Assembly (NCBI GenBank): GCA_964528805.1
Contig: CAZGWS010000003.1
Location: forward strand, 1-42,428
Direction: 5' to 3'
Source of the DNA: an uncultured Lentimicrobiaceae bacterium
GTDB taxonomy: Bacteria > Bacteroidota > Bacteroidia > Bacteroidales > F082
DNA: 42,428 bases
Part shown: piece after piece, positions 35,942-42,428 of the stretch
Position numbering within the stretch: position 1 is the stretch's first letter
How the letters are laid out: the number at the start of each line of letters is the position of its first letter
Position numbers and translations under genes: made by a program
Notes under the pieces: generated by a model
The model's database searches: none
What the model saw: only the letters and a program-made list of their open reading frames with translations
Told to the model about the DNA's origin: nothing

Positions 35942-37178
35942 GGCTTTTTTTACTTAATATGGCTTTTCTTCTTTGTAACAATGTTGGATGCGAGTAATTA
36001 AAAAATACATACAGCCAATGTGGTGTTAGGTTACTCAAACTTGATACAGATAGTTTAATAAGCCCGGCAATTAAAGCATGACCGTATCCGAGTTTATTGG
36101 CGAACGAATCGGCTTGGTATTCGTGCTTTCGCGAAACAATATTAGAGATAACACCGGTAAATGTTGAAATTGGAGAAAACAATAACCCGAAAGCAAGAAC
36201 ACCCATGTAAAAACTTGGTGCTGTTGCGCCAAGAGCCAAAGAAAGCTCAGGTTTGCTGATAGCTATTGACAGCAGCCAAATCATTATTGCGGTTTGGGAC
36301 AGTGACATAAGTAAACCTATGTACACATGTTTTAGCTTATAGTGTCCTACCTCGTGAGCAAGTACTGCAACTATCTGTTCGTCCGTTAATTCGCTTATAA
36401 GCGTATCGTAAAGTACAATTCTTTTTTTTGAGCCAAGACCGCTAAAATATGCATTTGCTTTTGTACTACGTTTTGAACCATCAATTTTAAAGATATTATC
36501 AATTCTAAAGCCGGCTTTTTCTGAAAAATCCACTATTGCCTGTTTCAGATTTCCATCCTGCAAAGGTGTTTGTTTGTTAAACAGGGGCACTATTAAACGC
36601 GAGTAGTACATCGTCATGAAAATCATAAAAATACTTAATCCTCCCATTACAATAATCCAGAAAAGATTTCCTGTTTCGCTCCATGCCCACATAATAAACA
36701 TAAGCAGACTTCCTCCAATTAGCGCACCGAGAAGCCAGCTTTTAAGCTTATCAACGGCAAAAGTAAGTGGCGTGGTTTTGTTAAACTCAAACTTTTCTTC
36801 AATAACAAATATGCTATAAATTTGAAATGGGATAGTTATTAAATCTGCAACAATACCCAAAATTCCAAAGAAAAATAATGCTCTAAAGTACTCATTTTGA
36901 GTGATGTTACTTACATAATCATCTAACAAAGCAAAGCCATGAAAAAATAAAATTAGCAAAATCAGCACGAATGAGAACGTGCTTGTTACTGTTGTGAATA
37001 CCAGATTTGCCTTTTCATATTGTTGCGATTTACGATACTTTGCATCGTTGTAGATACCTGATAATTCTAAGGGTATTGTTTCTTGCATACTACGGTAGTT
37101 AAGGTAATCGAGAACCTTCTCTAACAGATAATCGAAAATGATAATCCCAATAATTAGCGAGAATATTGTTTGAGTCAT
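35922..37178 (-). CDS. M48 family zinc metallopeptidase (Ste24/HtpX-like)
   Basis: HEVGHYKLKH zinc motif, multiple TM segments and a C-terminal SHPTLLQR. Its 3' end overlaps the convergent sugar-transferase gene by 20 nt. Confidence 0.85.
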   Translation of the reverse strand: MTQTIFSLIIGIIIFDYLLEKVLDYLNYRSMQETIPLELSGIYNDAKYRKSQQYEKANLVFTTVTSTFSFVLILLILFFHGFALLDDYVSNITQNEYFRALFFFGILGIVADLITIPFQIYSIFVIEEKFEFNKTTPLTFAVDKLKSWLLGALIGGSLLMFIMWAWSETGNLFWIIVMGGLSIFMIFMTMYYSRLIVPLFNKQTPLQDGNLKQAIVDFSEKAGFRIDNIFKIDGSKRSTKANAYFSGLGSKKRIVLYDTLISELTDEQIVAVLAHEVGHYKLKHVYIGLLMSLSQTAIMIWLLSIAISKPELSLALGATAPSFYMGVLAFGLLFSPISTFTGVISNIVSRKHEYQADSFANKLGYGHALIAGLIKLSVSSLSNLTPHWLYVFFNYSHPTLLQRRKAILSKKSPNNLIV

Positions 37179-37286
37179 ATTAAAATTGTTAATTATTATC
37201 CATTTCTTGTTGTGTAGTGGATACCGGTATAAAAAGTCTGTAATTTACTGTAAACGACTAATGCAAATTAAGAAAACAAAATCACA

Positions 37287-39377
37287 TCAATAATCGCCAA
37301 AGTACTTTCGTAAGAACCATTCAATCACCAAAAGAATAAGTATTCCTATTATCACGAATAATAGTGAACTGAGTCCGATAAACTTATCTTGATAATGTAT
37401 TTTTACCTTCATACTTTGCATAGAATTTATTTTTGGCAGCAGTTTATTTATTTCATGGGGTTGATACATGGCACCATTATGGTTTTGTGACAGCCTGTTT
37501 AGCATACCATGATTCGCAACTAAGTCTCTGCTTTCAATATCAGGTTTCTGCACGATAAACTCACCATTATCCTTATAAACATCATTTCCAAGTTTAGTAG
37601 ATGCAGAATAACTATAAGCACCAACAGGCAATTTGTTCAAGTTGAGTTTATAATAATCACCGAACGGCGAAAAGGTAAAGTCATACTTCTTTCCATCCTC
37701 GTTGGTAAGTAACAAAACAACATCAGGAGTGTTATCAGGTTTCAGAGTTTGGTTGTATAATTCGGCACTAACAACAATATCTTTATTACTCTCGTATTCG
37801 CCTTTTGAGTGAACAATAAAGTGTCGTTTATCAGTGTTAGCGATAAGAAACATTGCTGCTTTATTTAACAAAGCATCGACAGCAGATGAGTTATTGTACT
37901 GCAAAAAACTTTGAATCCGCCACAGCCAAATACCTTCACCCGAGATGACACCACTTTTTAAACCCATGTTGCTATAAAATGATATTAAAGGAAAATCTGT
38001 AACAACACCATTAACTACCTGCCAACCAATTGTTTCGGTTTCTATTGCAGGTTTGTAATTACCGAGTTGTACGTTAAGGGGTGGCAGCGTTGCCATTTGA
38101 GAGGCAAACTCTTTACTATACGCAAAATACGGGAATGAAGTGTTGTACCGGAACTGTGCAGGAATAGTACTGCCTGTGGACGAAAGTATGCTTAATCCAC
38201 TATTAAACTTATTAAATACAGGCAAGTTACTTTGATTACCCAGCACATACAACACAGGAATTTTATATTTTTTAATTTTTTTCAGTATATTTATTGCCGA
38301 GTTTTTGATAGCCGGTAACTCGTGAAGAATTATTAGATTATACTTTTTTACATCGCCATTAAAATTGCCTGCATACTTTACAACAACACTATAGTTTTTA
38401 TTTTTCATTAGGCTTTGTTTGATAGCACCAATATCAGGATGGGGAGCATATGCCAGAATTAATATTTTTTGTTTGCTCGCCACAACATCCACAAAAATAT
38501 TACGAAGATTATTTTCAGTACTAATTTCACCAACAACGGACTGTACTACAATCTTATAATGTTGTTTTCCGGCAACTTTGGCATCAACATAAAATTTTAT
38601 CGTTTTCCTAAATCTGCTATTTGTAAACTTAACAACTTTTTTTGCTATTAATTTATTTTTATTATACAAACTAACAACACTTGTGTTTCCTTTCAGTTTA
38701 TTTGCAGATATGCTAACTTCAATAGGAAAACGATCATTTGAATAAACGATTGAATTAAACCTAACATCGTCAATTTTAACATCTGCGGCTTTCGATGTAT
38801 CGCCAAGTGCAACTGTAAAGATTGGATAATTAATATCAGCAGAAGCGAAAACCGGGTCGATACCATTATTAACGATGCCATCGCCGACAAGGATTATTGC
38901 GCCAACATTAAGTCCTGTGTAATTTTGTTTAACATAAGATAAAAAGTCAGAGTAGTTTGAGAAATTATCATTATAATCAGGAGATGTAACTGCTTGCCGT
39001 ACGACACTACCAAATAGATAGCTCTCGACTTCACTTTTTTTGGATAGGTTGGACACCAGTTTTTTTATTTCGATATCCATTTCAGTAGAATAGTAGATTG
39101 AGTCTTTCGTCATTAAAATAGATCCGGAGTTATCGCGACCAACTATTACGATGGGTTTTTCCACAAGCTTTTTCTTTGTTTTCAGTATAGGAGAAAGCAG
39201 CAGAAATCCTAAAAATGATACAGTAATAAATCGCAATACAAATAGCAATACTGATAATCTGCCACTTAGCCTATTTAATGGGTTTTTTACGTACAATAAA
39301 CCGGCATAAATAAAGCCCAGTAGGACAACAAGCAAGATTGACCACCAAGAGTAAGCTATAGATATTTCAGAAATCAT
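37287..39377 (-). CDS. VWA-like domain membrane protein (Bat-like N-terminal double-TM, C-terminal anchor)
   Basis: Two N-terminal TM helices, then IVIVGRDNSGSI (DxSxS MIDAS-like) and AIILVGDGIVNNG. C-terminal TM LLFVIIGILILLVIEWF. 696 aa. Confidence 0.55.
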   Translation of the reverse strand: MISEISIAYSWWSILLVVLLGFIYAGLLYVKNPLNRLSGRLSVLLFVLRFITVSFLGFLLLSPILKTKKKLVEKPIVIVGRDNSGSILMTKDSIYYSTEMDIEIKKLVSNLSKKSEVESYLFGSVVRQAVTSPDYNDNFSNYSDFLSYVKQNYTGLNVGAIILVGDGIVNNGIDPVFASADINYPIFTVALGDTSKAADVKIDDVRFNSIVYSNDRFPIEVSISANKLKGNTSVVSLYNKNKLIAKKVVKFTNSRFRKTIKFYVDAKVAGKQHYKIVVQSVVGEISTENNLRNIFVDVVASKQKILILAYAPHPDIGAIKQSLMKNKNYSVVVKYAGNFNGDVKKYNLIILHELPAIKNSAINILKKIKKYKIPVLYVLGNQSNLPVFNKFNSGLSILSSTGSTIPAQFRYNTSFPYFAYSKEFASQMATLPPLNVQLGNYKPAIETETIGWQVVNGVVTDFPLISFYSNMGLKSGVISGEGIWLWRIQSFLQYNNSSAVDALLNKAAMFLIANTDKRHFIVHSKGEYESNKDIVVSAELYNQTLKPDNTPDVVLLLTNEDGKKYDFTFSPFGDYYKLNLNKLPVGAYSYSASTKLGNDVYKDNGEFIVQKPDIESRDLVANHGMLNRLSQNHNGAMYQPHEINKLLPKINSMQSMKVKIHYQDKFIGLSSLLFVIIGILILLVIEWFLRKYFGDY

Positions 39378-39561
39378 GGATTATTATTATCAATTATTCA
39401 TAGGTATTAAAATAAGAAATACATTTAAGGTGAATAGTACCATAAGATAGAAACAGATAGCTCTTTTTAGTAGTGAAACGGTAGCATATAGTCAACTATC
39501 CGGTATTTTAACAGCAAATTTTATTAAAGATGTTAAGGTAATTACGCCATTAATATTTGAC

Positions 39562-40308
39562 TCATGTATTCATCCCGCCACAAACCTTAATAACCTGCCC
39601 GGACACGTACGAAGACAGATCGGATGCGAGGAAAGCAGCAACATTGGCAACGTCATCCGGTTTACCTGAACGGCGCAGAGGTATAGTTTTAATCCAAGCT
39701 TCACGCACATCGTCATTCAACTTTGAAGTCATTTCGGTTTCAATAAATCCGGGCGCAATGGCATTACAGCGAATATTTCGTGAACCCAACTCCTGAGCAA
39801 TCGACTTAGTAAAACCAATCAGACCGGCTTTTGATGCGGAGTAATTAGACTGCCCTGCATTACCGCTAACACCAACAACGGAGCTCATATTTATTATGGA
39901 TCCGGAGCGTTGTTTCATCATAATACGTTGTACGGCTTTTGTTAAGTTGAAAGCCGATTTAAGGTTTACATTAAGCACCATATCCCAATCTTTTTCTTGC
40001 ATACGCAGTAACAGGTTATCGCGCGTAATACCGGCGTTATTAACAAGGATGTCAATTCTGCCAAAGTCAGCTACTATATCATTAATTAATTTTTCGCCGG
40101 CTTCAAATGATGCAGCGTTTGAGGCATATCCTTTTGCTTTAACACCAAGGGCAATTAATTCGGCTTCGGTAGCTTCCATATTTACATCATAATTAAGGTC
40201 GGAAAATGCAATATTTGCACCTTCACTTGCAAACTTCATGGCAATTGCTTTGCCTATACCACGAGCAGCACCAGTAATTAGGGCAACTTTTCCTTTTAGT
40301 AGTTCCAT
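39562..40308 (-). CDS. fabG: 3-oxoacyl-[acyl-carrier-protein] reductase
   Basis: SDR motifs: TGAARGIGKA cofactor-binding segment, NNAGI, and YSASKAG in the catalytic region. 248 aa with end-to-end FabG-like sequence. Confidence 0.92.
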   Translation of the reverse strand: MELLKGKVALITGAARGIGKAIAMKFASEGANIAFSDLNYDVNMEATEAELIALGVKAKGYASNAASFEAGEKLINDIVADFGRIDILVNNAGITRDNLLLRMQEKDWDMVLNVNLKSAFNLTKAVQRIMMKQRSGSIINMSSVVGVSGNAGQSNYSASKAGLIGFTKSIAQELGSRNIRCNAIAPGFIETEMTSKLNDDVREAWIKTIPLRRSGKPDDVANVAAFLASDLSSYVSGQVIKVCGGMNT

Positions 40309-40333
40309 GTTATATTTTAGTTTTTATTTGCGC

Positions 40334-40341
40334 CAAAGATA
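40334..40341 (-). promoter_or_regulatory. Candidate -7 promoter box (TATCTTTG on - strand) for fabG
   Basis: CAAAGATA on the + strand, 25 nt upstream of the fabG ATG. Confidence 0.3.
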
Positions 40342-40456
40342 TAAATTTAAGCTTAATAAATAAGGGTACATAAGTTTATGGTGAGGAACATGTTGACGGC
40401 ATATATTTGACGATATAATATTTTAATCATATTCAACTTACAATTAAAAATATTAT

Positions 40457-40464
40457 TATCTTTG
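40457..40464 (+). promoter_or_regulatory. Candidate -7 promoter box (TATCTTTG) for tRNA-Arg
   Basis: Exact TAnnTTTG match, 14 nt upstream of tRNA position 1. Confidence 0.35.
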
Positions 40465-40478
40465 CGCTTCAATTTATT

Positions 40479-40551
40479 GGACTCGTAGCATAATGGATAG
40501 TGCACCTGACTACGGATCAGGAGGTTGCAGGTTCGAATCCTGCCGGGTTCA
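40479..40551 (+). tRNA. tRNA-Arg (anticodon ACG)
   Basis: Hand-folded 73-nt cloverleaf. Acceptor GGACTCG/CGGGTTC (two G-U pairs). D arm GCAT-AATGGATA-GTGC. Anticodon arm CCTGA-CTACGGA-TCAGG. Variable AGGTT. T arm GCAGG-TTCGAAT-CCTGC. Discriminator A. CCA is not encoded. Confidence 0.92.
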
Positions 40552-40947
40552 CAAAAGCAATCTGTAACAAGTTGGTTTTTGGAATATAGATATAGCAATA
40601 TAGTATCCGTCTGCTCAAGTTTCCCCAAATTTTAAATTAAAAAAAATACTATTTTCTCTTTTGGGATGTTATTTTTCTTTACATTAGCCAAATTAAATAC
40701 TCAAAATACATTATTGACTGCTAATGCCACAATCTTTTTTTAAATCCATCAACTTTTTTCAACACAGATTAACTTAAAGCGTAATAGAGTTTGTGTAAGT
40801 GATATTAGCATAATAAGATGTGATTGAGGGGGCGGAGCTATTTAAATTCGGTAATTATTTCATAAATATTCACACTATCAAAGGCTTGAGACACAGTAGT
40901 ATATTAATATTTTTATTATCTTTACAGATAAATTTATACTTATCTTT

Positions 40948-42306
40948 ATGATAAAGGCAAAAGAAATATTTCACCGTGGGGCAAGGCGAATTCAGTTAGA
41001 TTTTAAGTATGACATCAAGTTAATTTCATTGGTAAAGAAGATTTATAATGCCAGATGGAGTAAGACAAGAAATGCATGGCATGTGCCTTATAGTGATCGG
41101 TCGGTTGCTGCGTTGCGAGAGATGTTCCCAAACATAAATTTAGATTGTTATAAGGGTAAGGTAAAAAGTACAGTACCAATAAAAGTTACTAATATTAAGC
41201 ATGTTAGCATACGATATAACAGGCAACAAAACTTACTTTACATAGATACGCCATTTGAGCTTAAGGATAAAATTAAGAAGTTAGAGCAAGCGAGATGGCA
41301 TGTTGCAGGCAAATTATGGATTGCGAGTGCAAACAGTGAAAACTTTAATCAGATTGAGGACGACATTAAGGGTTTGAATACTAAGGTTACAATTACAGAG
41401 AGTAATTTTTCATTGTTTGATTTAAAGAAGGAAAACTACAAAAGTTTGGGTAAGTTAACAGCTTCTCATAAAAATGAGTTATCCGGTTTTAAAATATGGA
41501 TGGTTCAAAGGAGGTATTCTACAAATACAATTGAGGTATATTTGAGTTGTGTTACTATATTTTTCAGATATTATTTTAACAGATCAATTGAGGGGATAAG
41601 TGTAAAAGACATTGAGAACTTTAATAGCAATTTTATTATAAATAACAGATATTCAGCTAAAACGCAGAACCAATACATAAGTGCGATAAAGTTATTTTAC
41701 GTTAAGATGAAAGGAATTCATTACGAAATAAACTCAATTGAAAGACCTATAAAGTGGAAACAATTGCCAAAGGTACTACCAATTGAACAAGTTCAGGCAA
41801 TGTTAACAAGCATACCAAACATAAAGCACAAAGTAGCATTAAGTACCATTTATGGATTAGGATTACGGCGAAGTGAGCTAATAAATTTGAAGTTAGAGGA
41901 CATCAGTTTTGGGAGGAATGTTGTGATGATAATAAATACAAAAGGTAACAAGGACAGGGATTTGCCGTTACCGGCAAAGTTAAAAGATATTTTTTCGATA
42001 TATTTAAAGCAAGTAAGACCAAAAAAATGGTTAATTGAAGGGCAAAAGAGAGGAGAGCAGTATTCTACATCAAGTTTAAGTAACATATTTCACAAATATT
42101 GCAACAAGATAATTCCTAACAACAGCTTTTCGCTTCACAGCTTACGGCACAGTTACGCCACACACTTATTAGATATGGGAGTAGATTTACGCATAATACA
42201 AAAATTATTAGGACATAAAAGCAGCCGCACCACCGAGATATACACACATGTAAGCATGCACAATCTAAAGAACATCAAAAACCCCCTCAACGACTTCGAT
42301 ATATAA
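40948..42306 (+). CDS. Tyrosine-type site-specific recombinase/integrase
   Basis: Catalytic residues in GLGLRRSEL (Arg), HSLRHSYATHLL (H-x-x-R) and LLGHKSSRTTEIYTHV (His, Tyr). A SAM-like core-binding region is present. Lies 396 nt downstream of tRNA-Arg on the same strand. Confidence 0.9.
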   Translation: MIKAKEIFHRGARRIQLDFKYDIKLISLVKKIYNARWSKTRNAWHVPYSDRSVAALREMFPNINLDCYKGKVKSTVPIKVTNIKHVSIRYNRQQNLLYIDTPFELKDKIKKLEQARWHVAGKLWIASANSENFNQIEDDIKGLNTKVTITESNFSLFDLKKENYKSLGKLTASHKNELSGFKIWMVQRRYSTNTIEVYLSCVTIFFRYYFNRSIEGISVKDIENFNSNFIINNRYSAKTQNQYISAIKLFYVKMKGIHYEINSIERPIKWKQLPKVLPIEQVQAMLTSIPNIKHKVALSTIYGLGLRRSELINLKLEDISFGRNVVMIINTKGNKDRDLPLPAKLKDIFSIYLKQVRPKKWLIEGQKRGEQYSTSSLSNIFHKYCNKIIPNNSFSLHSLRHSYATHLLDMGVDLRIIQKLLGHKSSRTTEIYTHVSMHNLKNIKNPLNDFDI

Positions 42307-42340
42307 ACAGCAAAACATGTACATATCCACCGATTTATGC

Positions 42341-42348
42341 TATCTTTG
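42341..42348 (+). promoter_or_regulatory. Candidate -7 promoter box (TATCTTTG) downstream of the integrase
   Basis: Exact TAnnTTTG match, 35 nt after the integrase stop. It would drive a gene beyond the window edge. Confidence 0.25.
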
Positions 42349-42428
42349 TACCAAAAACATAAACATATAAGTAGTTACACACCATTGTCACTTTAGTAAT
42401 AAAACGAGTTCTTAAAAGGATATTTTGC

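Noticed and set aside
37197-37230. Inverted repeat TATCCA(37197..37202)/TGGATA(37218..37223), which also resembles two half DnaA boxes, and a perfect 10-bp palindrome ATACCGGTAT (37221..37230), both between the VWA and M48 genes.
   Set aside because: The stem is 6 bp with a 15-nt loop and there is no flanking U-tract on the - strand, so it is not a convincing terminator. Perfect 10-bp palindromes are expected many times by chance in a 42-kb AT-rich window.
40353-40628. A 91-aa - strand ORF spanning the fabG-tRNA gap.
   Set aside because: It runs straight through the tRNA-Arg gene (40479..40551) on the opposite strand, and its sequence is low-complexity. The tRNA cloverleaf explains this DNA.
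40552-40947. Looked for a second copy of the tRNA-Arg 3' end (an att repeat) and for small ORFs in the tRNA-integrase spacer.
   Set aside because: There is no repeat of the tRNA 3' segment within the window. Only trivial ORFs of 24 codons or fewer are present. The attR partner, if any, must lie beyond the right edge.

Overview
This is an AT-rich chromosomal segment, roughly one-third GC by eye, from a Bacteroidota-type genome. Supporting signs are a T9SS C-terminal sorting domain, a PorQ-like gene, TAnnTTTG -7 boxes, and parA-parB-DUF5683-dapB-lepB synteny. The window is almost entirely tightly packed coding sequence: 33 long ORFs I accept as genes, one tRNA-Arg(ACG), and one 36-codon ORF below the track cutoff.

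Most genes are core housekeeping:
- Replication and partitioning: parA, parB, recF plus DUF721/DciA-like, dnaN.
- Translation and protein handling: typA, prmA, slyD, lepB.
- Metabolism: dapB, PNP, acyl-CoA ligase, lpxD, PatB/MalY-type lyase, tpiA, fabG.

I see no CRISPR array, rRNA, transposase, reverse transcriptase, or recognisable defence or toxin-antitoxin genes.

The unknown or accessory content is envelope-oriented:
- a T9SS cargo protein
- a GIN-domain lipoprotein
- a PorQ-like barrel
- a 10-unit WG-repeat protein
- a beta-barrel OMP, a micro-ORF and two DUF3857/transglutaminase-fold paralogues
- a 1491-aa ORFan inside a slyD-tpiA-prmA operon
- an S1-like lipoprotein protease followed by a phosphoglycosyl transferase carrying a Cys4 insertion
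- an M48 peptidase
- a VWA membrane protein

At the right edge, tRNA-Arg followed by a tyrosine integrase marks the probable start of an integrated element that runs out of the window.

The best candidates for something undescribed are:
1. the transglutaminase-fold pair, with Cys-His-Glu versus Ser-His-Asp at the triad positions
2. the 1491-aa ORFan
3. the element beyond the integrase

None of these can be shown to be a novel system from sequence alone. All functional calls rest on motif recognition by eye, not on database searches.
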